A stretch of 64,000 nt of DNA from Amoebidium appalachense (taxonomy: Eukaryota > Protista > Ichthyosporea). Both the position numbers and the translations under genes were made by a program. The notes below the pieces were generated by a model. The model was not told where the DNA came from. It worked only from the letters and a program-made list of their open reading frames with translations, and did not search any database. Location: contig CAVNZM010000012.1 in NCBI GenBank assembly GCA_963693365.1, positions 3,224,001 through 3,288,000 of the forward strand, read 5' to 3'. Numbering within the stretch: the first letter of the stretch is position 1; the number at the start of each line of letters is the position of its first letter. Of the stretch, positions 1-13,167 are shown in pieces.

Positions 1-330
1 AACCCACAGCCATATCACCACAAGAACTGGCACAGTTACACCCATACATTATAGCCCAGGGACATATCCACACAGTATATCCAACAGTCTTATCCAATTT
101 TATCCCACTGCCACATCCGCACTGTATATCTCACAGTCATATCCAGAGCATATCCCACAGTCATATCCACACCGACAGTCAAATTCATGCAGTACATTTC
201 ACAACTCGGATTCACACAGTATATCCCACAGTCGTATTCACACAGTACATATCACAGCTCGGATTCACACAGTATATCCCACAGTCATATGTACACAGTA
301 TGTATCTCATGATTATTCACGTCCATGGCA
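1..330. repeat. Degenerate short-period tandem repeat (ATATCCCACAGT-like units)
   Basis: Recurrent catatcc(c)acag/cacagtatatcc motifs, including the longer repeat ctcggattcacacagtatatcccacagtc at ~205 and ~258. Confidence 0.75.
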
Positions 331-1466
331 TTTACATGAACACACCTGTATTCAGTTATTGTTTTCTCTTTGCCCAACCCATGACCAGCCCCAAGCACTT
401 TGTATATCAAGACATCATCTATTTCTCCTTACAGACCCATCCCCAGGTAATACGCGTTCACACCTCTCCGTATCTAAGACTTGCATGATAAGATATACAT
501 AAACCTGGTCCTGTGTCATGCATGGGAACAAAAAAACGAAAACAAAACAATGGGATACCGTGAATATATAGTGCAAAAGGGCCTATTTACGATATGTAGA
601 TGCCTTTGTTACGTTTCCCTATAGCTAACTATGGCACAGCTGAACGAATACTTTAATTTGGGGGTGTACCAAATTGATGAAGGCAAATGAAATGAAAACA
701 AAAGAAAAAGAAAAGGTAAGGTGGTGGTTTCCGTTTGTTTTTTTTTGTTTTTTTTTTCTTTGTTTTTTTTTGTGTTGTTGTTGTTGTTGTTGTAGGGGTG
801 TGTGTGGAGGGGAGGAAGGGGGGGGGGGGGGGGGGGGGGGGAGGGAGGGGGGGTTCGGCAAATTCCAGTGAAATTTGGCACATCAGTGAGATCTGTGCAC
901 GATATTGAAGCGTGTGCACATGTACATAAAAACACTGGCCCACAGCTATCTAGAGGCCACACACACCACCACCATCATGGCTCCTACAAGTTTGTATCTA
1001 ATGGCCTCTCCGTAACATTATTTGTGTAACTTAATAACCAAGCCCCCCCCCCCCCCCCCCCCCCCCCCTTCTCCCCCCCCCCTTCCAACCCATGCACCCC
1101 TCCCCCTCCCCCTCCCCCCACCCACCCACCCACCCACCCAAAGAGAAAAAAAAAAAGGTGCACCTATAGAGAAAGGGCCCACAAGTTGAAGGTATTTTAC
1201 GTCTATGCGTATACCCAGAGGTATCTGTTGAATTCTGTGTGGGTGTGGTTGCTCTTTTGTACCGCGGTGTGTAGTGTACGTGATACACATGCGTGTGTCA
1301 GTGCACTTGTGTGTGGAGGTGAGCGTGGGCGGTTGAAGAATGCTGCCCAAACACTTGCAAAACCGAAAAAATAAAAAAGGAAAAATTCGAGGAAAAACTA
1401 TCAGGAAGGGTCTAGGCTGTCAGTATGCCAACAGAGAATCCATGTAAAACTTAATTTTGGGGGGGT

Positions 1467-1604
1467 TCAATCGCTATCTGTCCCCGATGTATCCCCCCCA
1501 AACGCTGATTCTGATTGGTAGATGGACTTCCTTGAAATGTGGATGCTGCTACGGCCCCACATGCGCCCCCTTGCGAAAGACAGCCAATCAAACACCTGCG
1601 AGTT

Positions 1605-1669
<65 letters not shown>

Positions 1670-1893
1670 AGGTGAATAGATGTGTCGGTGTGGGCGTGTT
1701 AGGGTGTGCAGACAGGAATGGCTCTTAGTGTGTGTGTATGTATGTGTGTGTGTGTGTGTGTGTTTGTGTGCGGGGGGGGGGAAGGGCGGGTGGAGGGGGG
1801 GGGGGGGGGGGGGTAACTTCTTACCTGGGGTTGGGGAATTGTTTTAGGTGAAAGGGGGGATATGACAAGGAGGGCCGAAAAATGGGTGGGAGG

Positions 1894-1926
<33 letters not shown>

Positions 1927-2093
1927 AGAAGGGGTGGATTAGCCCTGACTTTTTTCTCCGATCACCCCCCCCTTCCCCTTACCCCTCAGACAAACTAATA
2001 TAGCACACACCCATGCTCCCGAAAAAGGCATGCTTGAAGAAACCCAGCCATAGGTAGATGCCTACCTATGGAGAGTGTGTGCACACACATACA

Positions 2094-2144
<51 letters not shown>

Positions 2145-3289
2145 ACACGCATACAGACACACACACAAACACCATTACACACACAAGCCATTAAAAAAAG
2201 GGGGCCACAGTAGATATACACACACCCCTAATGGCAAACGCACACATATATAAAATGTCAAGCACTCTTGCACAATTTACAGAAAAACCACCAACCAAAA
2301 AGCTCGCACACACACGTACTGTTTGGACAAAACATAACTACCTCATCGATCGTAATTTCGCACAGCGCAGCCAATCGTTTTGCCTCCACATCCGACGGAT
2401 ACGGGTTGCTGCAGTGCGAATCCAACCACCCCTGTAAGAGAACACGAGCTTGTTCGGGAATATTCGGTTCGTTATCATTGGCCGATTCATTTTCCTGATA
2501 AGGCAAGTGATCGCTTCCTTCTCCAACCGCATCCCTCCATTCCTCAACGGCTTCCATCAAAATTTCGTGCGATTCGCGTAGATTTTTAAAGAACGCACCA
2601 TGAATGTTTTTGGCCGAGGCACCCACCAGCCAGTCCGTTTCTTTGCTTTCGCCCATATTCGATAGCACTTTGTGTGCCTCGGAATGTAACGAATCAACCT
2701 CCAACGCAAATTTCACAAGCGCCGATTTCAGAATTTCAGGCATGCCTCTGGTGTCGTCTGTAATCGAAAATTTCGTCGGATCTCCCATGCAGAATGGGCA
2801 GAAATCCGATTTTTCAATTTCACTCCGCCGTTCAGCATTCTCATATTCCTTGTTGCTGGAGGTTTGGGATATTTCGGGGGGGCTCTTTGCATGAGCGCTT
2901 CTGGGTTCATGCACGTAGTTGAAGGCCGATGCTGTTGGTTGCCTGTGCGAATTCTCAGTCGTAGCGTAAATATTTCCGGAGGGGGGTTCAACTCCCCAAC
3001 CCCTGCACTTGTACGGGTTGTGGTAGGTGTAGGTGCCGTGAGCGCCCCACTGGTTGGCATGGGATACCCTGGGGGGGCTCGAAAGCCCGTTGAAAATTTG
3101 AATCCCAGCGTCATGCGGTGAATTTACGGCCGCGAGCGTGGGTTCATACGGGTTGTATGGAAGTCCATGGCGAACGGAGGGGGTTTTTTCACCCTCCCGG
3201 CTTGTGCGGGCATATGGGTTGACAGTACCCGGGGCATAATTTTCATTCTCTCGTCCGGAATTTAAAGGTGTCCCCCACACGTATGCCAT
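1467..3289 (-). CDS. Divergent TALE-class homeodomain protein, 2 coding exons (3289-2342, 1595-1467), ~358 aa
   Basis: Exon 1 ends ...[39 protein letters not shown] at GAG|gtagtt. Acceptor ctcgcag| at 1596 continues [13 protein letters not shown]...SD*. The PYP loop and WL..H motif are TALE hallmarks and the intron lies at homeodomain position 44/45. The start Met is uncertain (an acceptor at ~3332 may add an upstream exon). Confidence 0.8.
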
Positions 3290-3542
3290 GACGGTTGGGA
3301 TTGGCTCTGATGTTCGGGAGATTGGTTTGCCTCTGCAAAGGGGAGGGAAGGGGAGGGAGGGGAGGGGAGGAGCAGGGGGGGGGGGGGGACACGGTGTTAA
3401 CATTAAGAAAAGTTCAGTGATGGGGAGAGTAAACCTAAAAGGAAGGGTGAAAGGAAAGGCTCCAGTTTTTTTTTTTTGGGGGGGGGGGTCCCACCTTTTT
3501 TTTGTGGGGGGGGGGGGGGGGGGGGGGAGGGGTTTGAGGGGG

Positions 3543-3618
<76 letters not shown>

Positions 3619-3697
3619 ACGTGTGTGTGCGTGTGTGCGTGTGTGCCTGCGTGCCTGCATGCCTGCGTGCGTACACGTGCGTGCGTTGTCTGTGTGC

Positions 3698-3737
<40 letters not shown>

Positions 3738-6469
3738 TCATCCTGAAGACGGGACTTGCATGTACTTGGGATACTCGGCTAGGCTAGCCTAAGGGATGTG
3801 TGAGGAAGGGAGAGAGAGACAAAGCCTCAGCATCGTGTAGCAGCGTGTACGTAAAGCCAAGAATTGAATTAGGTGGAGAGGGGGTTAAATCAAGTAACAA
3901 GCCAAAAACATATGGTTTTTGTGAATAAAACTCGTCTTGGCTCAACAATACGCTAAGTTCAGTTGGCAGGCTCCATATGTGCAATTTTTTTTCTTCCCCG
4001 TTAAAAACTGCAACGAAAGATGAACAGCAAGAAATGTTTCCCATTTGCTTTCTGAGTCACCCACCTTCTCGAAGTAGTAATCGACTATGGTGCAGCAGTC
4101 TCCTTTGTGAGTTAAAACGAAAAAGAGCCGAAGTCAGTCCAAACAAGGTCTCTCAAAAAACATAAGCCAGCCAGCCTGATGCACATATTCCGTAGAAATT
4201 CATACTTTTTCTCTTCTGCCCCTTTCTGTAAACTTTGCTGCAGCTGGACAACTTGGTAAACTTTTGGCACACTTTTACTAAACAGGCCACGGTGACCAAA
4301 CTTTAGTCCGATGATACACCTGCTCTGTGCTAAGTCTTGGAATGGCATACAGTCTTAAGGCGACCAACAAAGGATCAGCTGTGCATGAACTTTAATTAGA
4401 TGGTTAGTTTGCTACAGAGCGACTAGCAAGAGTGCTAAAGTTAAGATAGGAATTGTAATTGGTACGCCAAAAACAATTTCCTTTTATAAAAAAAAAAAAA
4501 GAAGAAGAAGAAGAGTCAATTCCTGCGTTTGAGTCTGTCTGCAAGTGTGTGTGTTCAGCTAGTAATCATTTGTTACGGGGTTGGTTGCAAATGTTGCAGA
4601 GTTTGGCACAGTGCTGCGGTTTCCACCGTGGAAGATAACCCTTCACGGACGGACTTGAAAACAGAAACAAACACGAACTACACGAGAAGAAGCAATAAAA
4701 TCATAAGTTAACCCTGTAAAAAAAATATGCGAAGATCCCAACCATTTGAGTTTTTATGGGACATAAGCTAACTTTTAGCAATCGATTAGTGATACAGTGA
4801 TAAGCTGGGCAATCTGTCTGGTTACACCCCCACATTTGAGTTCGTGGAAAACATAGCACAGCTGACAGCAAGAGACGAATCTCATGTACACTGGCACATA
4901 TATGGCTGTAAACCCTGCTCTTTGATTTTACCACAGAGACGGGGGGGGGGGGGGGGGGGGGGAGGGGGGGGGGGGGGGGATGGGAGACTTTAAGGCAGAT
5001 GGACAGCCAGGTGCAGATTTAACGCGAATCATATGTTGTACACGTAAAGGCTTAAGCTTCATAATTTTAATAGTGAATATTAGATACGTTACTCAGGCAG
5101 AGAGAGTGCCGACAGTTTTACTTTTAGTTTTAAGTCCTACATACACTCTAGTTCAACCGTACTGGACAGTGCTCAACATTTTGGGGGCAGCTTCACCTGT
5201 GGCACATATCACATATACGATTTAGTTAGCAAGCCTTCAAACAACCGTGCATGATATACAGCAAGGCCTAGCTGATCAGCTTATCAGCCAGGGTGACTGT
5301 TGCCCACAGACACCTGGTTATTGTCACATTATCATAGATTCGCAGGCTATCACCATGTACACTGGCACAACTTGAAGCACATTATTTGCCTTTGCAGGAG
5401 TTTTAAAGTTGGGCACCTACACATACCTGGGACACCATCTGGGACTCTTTTATATATCGCGAATTTGAGAGTGCTTCTTTTCATATCATAATCATAATAT
5501 GAGTGAGAATATACACGCATGGCCCAGCTGAATGCTTATAGATGGTGTGATAGCGCGTACGTTATTCATTTAATCTTGGCGTGTGCTCTTGGTGCACGTG
5601 TGTCTTGATGCAAATCAAGACCCATCCGAACTTCGACAAACATTATGCCTAGGTAAACATCTACATATTACACTTGCAAGTGTAGCCTGGTTGCTCTAAA
5701 GATATTCTCGTTTTCCATGCAAAGTCACGCGCCGTAAGGAAGTGCACAAGTGTAGCACTATACACACTCTACGCACGGAGCTCCACGGTATATAAGTCTG
5801 CCACCAGGAAATATCTCTGCGTACGTATACGGTCACAAGCAGGAGGGGAAAACTGACAAGCACATTATGCGCGCGTGCAAGTTACCTGACACGTGCGTGC
5901 ACATTACATGTCCCACAGATACACAGACATATATGTTACACATGTGACATACACGCGCTCACCGAAACTTTTGTGGCGACCTGCACAGTTCGGGTGACAC
6001 CAGAAATCAACGATCTGGGTGATCCCCTACCAACGAATCAAAAAAAGCCAATAGTTTTAGGTAACCTAATCAGAACGCCTATTAGATCCAGCTTTCACAC
6101 CGTTTTTTCAACAGGTTGACAGTATGGTTTTTTGTTGAATCAAAGAGACGAGTGATGGGAAATACAGTAAAACATGTTTGCTTTTATTTTTGCTCGTGGT
6201 ATATATACAGCTGATGCGCTCGCTTCTGTTGTGTTCAAATGTGAAGAGCTGCAAGTGTTTTCGGGCTGCTGTTGTACATGTGCACACATGCGCGGGTGAC
6301 CTCACAGACAGAACCTTTTCATCGTATCATACACGCGAGATGTTTTTCTCCCCCTTTTCCTAAGTCTTCATTGTTTGTTTGTTTCTCTGATTGTTTTCCT
6401 GGTTAACGTTACCCTTTCTTCCCAGTAAAAGATAATATTAATGGGGCCCGCAACGGTGGTGGCCACGAT

Positions 6470-6705
6470 ATGCTGATGGGTTTAATCGAGGCACATAGAG
6501 ACTTACGGGTCTATCCTTTCAGCGTTTTATCAGGTACAATGATGTCGGGTGATGATTAAATATCAGGGATTTCTTGCTCCATGAAGCACCTTAAAATCTA
6601 AAGAATATTTAATAATGCGGTTCCCCGTTTTCAAAGCCTTCCTTTCTTCTTTATTTTTTTTGTCCCTACGGACTCCCCCGGAACACTCGGTATCAGCGCC
6701 TGGTG
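6470..6705 (-). mobile_element. Dispersed repeat homologous to 50935-51212 (probable truncated retroelement 3' end)
   Basis: Shared collinear blocks: ttta[a/c]tcgaggca, gatgtcgggtg.tga.ta.atatcaggg, ggttccccgtttt and acactcggtatcagc followed by (TG)n. Confidence 0.6.
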
Positions 6706-6717
6706 TGTGTGTGTGTG

Positions 6718-6829
<112 letters not shown>

Positions 6830-6837
6830 GTGCGTGG

Positions 6838-6894
<57 letters not shown>

Positions 6895-6941
6895 CGCGCG
6901 TGCGCGTGCGCGTGTATATGTGTGTGAGGGAGAGTGGGTTG

Positions 6942-6972
<31 letters not shown>

Positions 6973-7299
6973 GGGAGAAGGGGGGAGTTGGGGGAGGGGG
7001 GGGGGGGGGGGGGTTCGTGATCGATATGCCACTGCACAAGAAGGTATTCGAATAGGTCTGTAGGTGTTGTTTTTCTGTGTTTGAAGCTTCGGTGGGGGCT
7101 CTAAATTTCAGTGTAAGTTTGGTGGCATTTTGGTGACTAACCTTCATTTCGGGTTGAATGTGTGGAAGTGTTAAATCAGTGGGTGCCAAATTTAGGAGGA
7201 AAAAAGTCTGCACTCAAACGTATGGCACGCAAGCACGCAGGCACGGACACACGCACGCACGCACACACGCATGCACGCACGCACGCACACACGCACGTA

Positions 7300-7331
<32 letters not shown>

Positions 7332-7495
7332 CACAATCAGCAATCATCACGTAAGAAAGTTACTGTAACAGGTACACTGAGATCGTCACAAAGAGCCTCA
7401 CACATGTGTACACACACGCACACCAACAACAAGGATCCAACCACAGACACACGTGCGCATACGTCATGTGGCACACATCCGGTCCGGGAATCGCA

Positions 7496-7576
<81 letters not shown>

Positions 7577-7748
7577 TACATCATGTCTCCCACCGCGACA
7601 CCTATTACCCACATCCACACACCGTGCAGGTACTCAGGTACCACCATCATACTGAGTTTTGTCCGCATCATCCCTGCCGCCCCCCCCTCCCCCCCTCCCC
7701 CCCCCCCCCCCCCCCCCCGCGCCCCCTCTCCCCCCCCCTTCCCACACC

Positions 7749-7845
<97 letters not shown>

Positions 7846-8172
7846 TCATCCACCCACCCACCCCTGCCGCAAAAGGGCTCTGCCTGGGAGCGGGAAATGA
7901 AAATAGGTGTCACACCTCAACCAGGAAAGACAGGGGGAAGAGGGGAAGGGGAAAGAGAATGGAGGGAAGGGGGGAGGTGGGGAGGGGGGGGGGGGGGGGG
8001 GGGGGGGAGGACTCCGAAGAATAACTATTTAAGTCGGACAAGTGATAGCCTGCAGTAGCAGATGCATATAGGCCATGACAACTTGCACGCGTGCCACCCT
8101 TGCGCCTATGGGGAAATGGGGAAACATAGGGAAGAAGGAAAAAAGAGGAAATAAAAGCTTTTTTTTTTTTTT

Positions 8173-8215
<43 letters not shown>

Positions 8216-8682
8216 TGATTCCGAAGGATATAGAGCCTCCGAGACGGAATGATAGAGCAAGAGACTATTAAACAGAGAGAGAGAGATTGGAACAGCTGCT
8301 GAGGTGCACGTGCCGAGCTGTAAGCCTTTCGATAGCCGAGAAATTGATCGCTCGTCACATACAATAATCGGCAAGGCTGTGGTGTAACTTCTGTGTGTGT
8401 GTGTACTATTAGTTAGGGTTCAAAATTGGTAAAGGTGTGCTGGCTCAGCTGGCTGCACCTTTAGAACCCTAACTAATATTAGAGGTGCTGTGTGGAAGAC
8501 GGTAGTTCCTATCAGGTGAGTCCTGGGGGATCCCTCCGAGCACAAGACGGGTTTTTTTTAATGAAAAAAATATACTATGATAGATAATAAATAGAAAGCA
8601 GTGAAGTGGCATAACACATGTGGCCCATTTAATGGCAACCGCAAGTGCAGTGGTGATACAACTGTAGGGCAATATGGAGTAC

Positions 8683-9130
8683 AAGGGCCCGTCGGGCCCA
8701 AACCTCTCAGCCGAATCATCTTACAGCGAGCTGAGGTAAACGTATTATGCGAAAGCATAATTATTTCTCTAAAGGCAGAATTAATTTGCCAAAAAGCAGA
8801 ATCATTTCGCTGAAAGCAGAGTTATTCTGGAAGAGCAGAATTATCCTGCTAAGAGCAGAATTATTCTGCAAAATCAGAACTATTCTGCTAAAGCAGAAAT
8901 GATTCTTCAAAATGCAAGTTTATTTTGCAGCTGCCGCAAGCAGAATAACTTCGCATTCCCCCCCCCCCCCCCCCCCCCCCCCGGCCTTTTTACCAATCAA
9001 AAAACAATGATTCTGTTGATTCTGCTCGGAATAATTCTAGATCTGCTTTTGCAGAATAATTCGATAATTCTACTGTCAACAGAATGTTCTGCACCGTGCA
9101 AGTTGATTCTGCTGATGTGGCTGAGCCCTT
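8683..9130. repeat. Foldback-like array of ~20-bp near-palindromic GCAGAATTATTCTGC units
   Basis: Many gcagaa(t/a)ttattctg units on both sides of a C-run, with imperfect inverted ends ctcagccgaatca ... tgatgtggctgag. Confidence 0.6.
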
Positions 9131-9254
9131 AGAGTAGGGCAGAGCCGCCACCAGCACCCATATGTTATGCATACATGTGTGTTCTATCATAAGTTACACA
9201 CACCCACACCCACCCACACACACACACACGCACAGTCACGCACACATGTACAAG

Positions 9255-9308
<54 letters not shown>

Positions 9309-9536
9309 CACAAAAACACGCACACGCACGTACACGCACACGCACACACATACACACACACACACACACCGTACTAGAGACACCCGCACACAGATGCAGG
9401 CACGCACATATGCACACACACAGTCACAGCTTTTTAAGGCTGCCCTCATGTGTGCACGTGTGCAGTCTCCCTCTCTCTCTTTGTGTGTGCGTGTGGATGT
9501 GTGTGTGTGTGTGTGTGTGTGCGTTCGTGTGTGCGT

Positions 9537-9587
<51 letters not shown>

Positions 9588-10442
9588 TGCGTGTGCGTGT
9601 GCGTGTGCGTGTGTGTGTGTGTGTTTGTGTGTGTTTGTGTGTGTGAATCACTGAAACGTCCATTATGGTGTGGAGGTGTGCACGTGTGTGTGTGTGATTG
9701 TGTGTGTGATTGTGTGTGTGAGTGTGTGTGCGCGCGTGTGCGTCTGTGTGTTGTGTACATGTGTGTGCCATACGCGCCTGCGTCTCTGTGTATGTGTACG
9801 CGGGCGCGCGCGCGCGCGTGTGTGTCCACGAGCCAAATTATGTGGGTGACTGTGCTTGTTTTCATTTGTGTGTGTGTTTGTCGGTGGGGTTATAATATCG
9901 ATGAGGGAGAGAGGGACCGTTGGGGGAGTTGGGGGAAAAGGGAAAGGACCCCATTCATCATGGCAATAAGAATTTGGAGTCATAATTTCATTTAAAAAAA
10001 AAAAAAACCTAAATGTACCTCGGTGTACCATGAATAGCCTTGATAGGCTACATTCGGAAAAAAATGTAACTTCCAAATTTACCGATTTTTCATATTCAAT
10101 ACAGGCACAGTAAAGATTAGAGCTAAGCTGATTCATCAATGAATCGAAAAGGAGGGGATAAAAGTGTACACGCGTTTTGTGCTTCCGTGTTGTGTATGCT
10201 GCGTGTTAGAAGCGTTCACTTTTATATATAAAAAAACTAACATAACAATTCGAATCACTCGGTATCACACGTCACTACGAGGAAATCAAGTAATTATAAA
10301 AACCTCTCTATACGTTAGCAAAAAATCTAACGGGAGTTAGTAAGCCGACAACTCTTACACAACTTCTATGATTGCTAGGCTTTCAGTAGACTATGGCATA
10401 ACGGTTTTTTTTGAACTAAGGGCGTGTGTGTCCATCATAAGA

Positions 10443-10494
<52 letters not shown>

Positions 10495-10495
10495 T

Positions 10496-10531
<36 letters not shown>

Positions 10532-10591
10532 GTGTGTCACATTGCGTGTATGTGCAAATCGCACACGTGTGTGCTTGTGTTTGCATGCCTG

Positions 10592-10677
<86 letters not shown>

Positions 10678-10991
10678 CGTGCGCGCAAGCGTGAGCGTGA
10701 ACATGTGCATGCGTACGGGCGGTACGTGTATGTGTAAATGGGAATGTTCACGTGCGGCCGTGCATTTGGTGCACATATCAGTAGCAAAAAAAAAACATAC
10801 ATCACCGCAATTCAGGTTGCTCCCCCCTCCCCTCTCCGGTCGCAAAAAAAAGGAAAAGAAAAAGGAAAAAGGAAAAAGGAAAGATATAAGAAAAAAAAGA
10901 AAGAGAACGGGCCAGGTGGACCCACACCGACTGCACATCCGGTCACCATCATTCGATGGGAGAAACGAGAAAAGAGAACAAACACGAAAAA

Positions 10992-13167
10992 TCACGAGGT
11001 CAGGCTCTCACAGCTGCTCTGTCCAGGCACACTCTGTTTTCTACCCGTGTAGTAATCCTTCCATTCCGACGTGGGGAGCATCAGGGGACTAGGATTGCTC
11101 ATCGACACAGATGTTTTCCTATCCTCCGGCGACAACTTTCCTCCCTCCTTCCTACCCGCACCCCTCGGGCCCTCCGTAGGTGAAAACGACGATTCGCGTG
11201 TGCCTTTCAACCGTGTCTCACACAAATCTCCCTCCCCCTCCCCCTCTCCCTCTCCCTCCCTCACCTTTCCTCCCTCTTCCATCTCAGCCACCTGCATTTG
11301 TCCCCCAGCCGTATTCTCAATCCCGCCGTTCGAAACCATTGCCGGCTTCTCCATCGCCGCTCCCCCTCCCACTTCGTTCATCCGCGCCTCTTTCCTCGCC
11401 GAATACGCCACCTGATGTTTCAATTGCTGGCAGCGCACACACGACGACCGTTCCTTGGGTATCCACAACTCGCATTCCTGGTGGCGGCCAACCAAGAACG
11501 GGTACGAGCTGATGCGCAGCACACGCGACCGGCTCGCAATGCTCTGTGCGTTTTCCAATTCGCGAATGTCGATGCCGGCACACGGCGAGAATTCGCTCTT
11601 TGGCGACAGACGCAAAAGAAGAACATTGAAATCCCATGCGCTTCGCAGGCGGCCGCTCCAGAGCTGCCGCTGCATTACCCACACCTTGAAACTGAGATCC
11701 CGGCTAACCGAAACGCGCACGACGGCGTAAAAACCAATTTCCTGATGGTATTTCTGCCGTGTCAGTTCAAGCGCAATGGGTTCACCGACCGACGGCCCAT
11801 CCTCGCGTTTGGGAATCGCAACGAGGAAATCTTCGCGGTGGCATGTTTCGACAAACTGGCTGAGCGACTCGAACACCAAGCTCGCTTTTGCCTTTTCCCG
11901 CATGTTCGTCAACAGGCGCTTGCGTAACTCCGCCCTCTGTTTCCCCGCATCCTTATTATTCTCTCCGTGCGGCTGCTCGCCGTTGTTCTCAATCGCCCCC
12001 TGTTCCACATCCGACCCCCACAACTGGTGCAAATCCGACTGCAGGCGCTCAATGGCAATTTTCTCATGTTCTCTCGCCGGTTCGTTCGCAGGCGCAGGTG
12101 GAACCGCCGACCAACGTGTCGCCGTGCACGGGGAGGGAAGAGGCAAGTACTGTGCGTTCTCATATCGCTCGGAACCTCCATCCATCCCCCCCGGCCCGCT
12201 GTACGACTGTCTGTGCTGCGGCATTGTGCTCGGCATATTACCCAGGTTACCTTTGTCTCCCTGCCACGGGTCATTATTCGCAGGTCCCTGTGCATGTGCG
12301 CTGTGATTTGAGTGAGGTTGCTCCAAAGCACCGTCTAAAGCCCCGCGAACATCTCGAACACGAGGGGTAAATGGGGGGTGCGGGGCGGGCGAAATAACGC
12401 GGTGTTCCGGTATCGGACTGGGACACACTTCTACGTACGCTATACTGCCCGCTGCTTACCCCACTATCCCGGCCAGGCGGATATGCCTCAGACGGGATAA
12501 TAATGCTGTGGGGGGTGTTCGGTTGGTTACCGCTGGACATATATGGACGGCTCGAAACTGGGCCACCTGGCGCAGGATGCTCGAAATTATATCCGGCCGG
12601 AATATGAGGGGGTTGCCTCTGGTCGGGCCAATTTACCTGTTGGGCCGAATAATGACGAGGGGATATTTGTGGTTGCATGTTTCTTGGGGGCGCGTCATAA
12701 CGCGGTGTACCCCACCCGCTATCAACTGATCGTGGGGGCTGCGGGGATGAATGGTAACCAACACTTTGGGGGGTTATTTGACCATAGTGATCCCTTTGCT
12801 CGTGTGCCGACCAACTCGATGGATGCATCTCTCGTGCTTGTGCATGTTCCTGTTGTTGTCGATAGTAGCTGCTGGGTGATGAGGTCATGGGTTCACGCTG
12901 TCGGGTCGGGGGTTGTGAATCGTGATGATAAGGCCCCGTGTTTTGGTACTGGGGTGGGAAATCCCCAGCAGATTCCCTGACATCCCTATGATTTACCACA
13001 TGTTCCGTGTTTGGTTGGCCGTCACTATAGGTCTGGCGTACACCCTCCACTTGATCTGACTCACCCACCCCTCTCGGATCCATCCGTCTGTCTGCATAAT
13101 AGACGGTGTGCCTGGGAGCGTAGTCGTGATATTCGGACCGTTCGTCCTCTTCCCGTTGACGTTTCAT
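10992..13167 (-). CDS. Uncharacterised protein: Q/P/S-rich N-terminus plus globular domain with a C..H-x2-C..C-x2-C cluster (exons 13167-12460, 12287-10992)
   Basis: Two long non-repetitive ORFs (301 and 478 aa) offset by one frame. A 172-nt intron (GGG|gtaagc ... gcacag|GGA) joins them in frame. Motif PCAGID...RHQECELWIP...SCVRCQQLK. Confidence 0.75.

Noticed and set aside
2258-2341. ORF-track C-terminus [10 protein letters not shown]... as homeodomain helix 3
   Set aside because: It is intron read-through. Splicing to 1595 restores W48 and R53.
12274-12459. Programmed frameshift between the overlapping 301-aa and 478-aa ORFs
   Set aside because: A canonical 172-nt GT-AG intron explains the frame change.
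11071-12980. Long + strand ORFs opposite the 10992-13167 gene
   Set aside because: Antisense shadows of a GC-rich coding exon.
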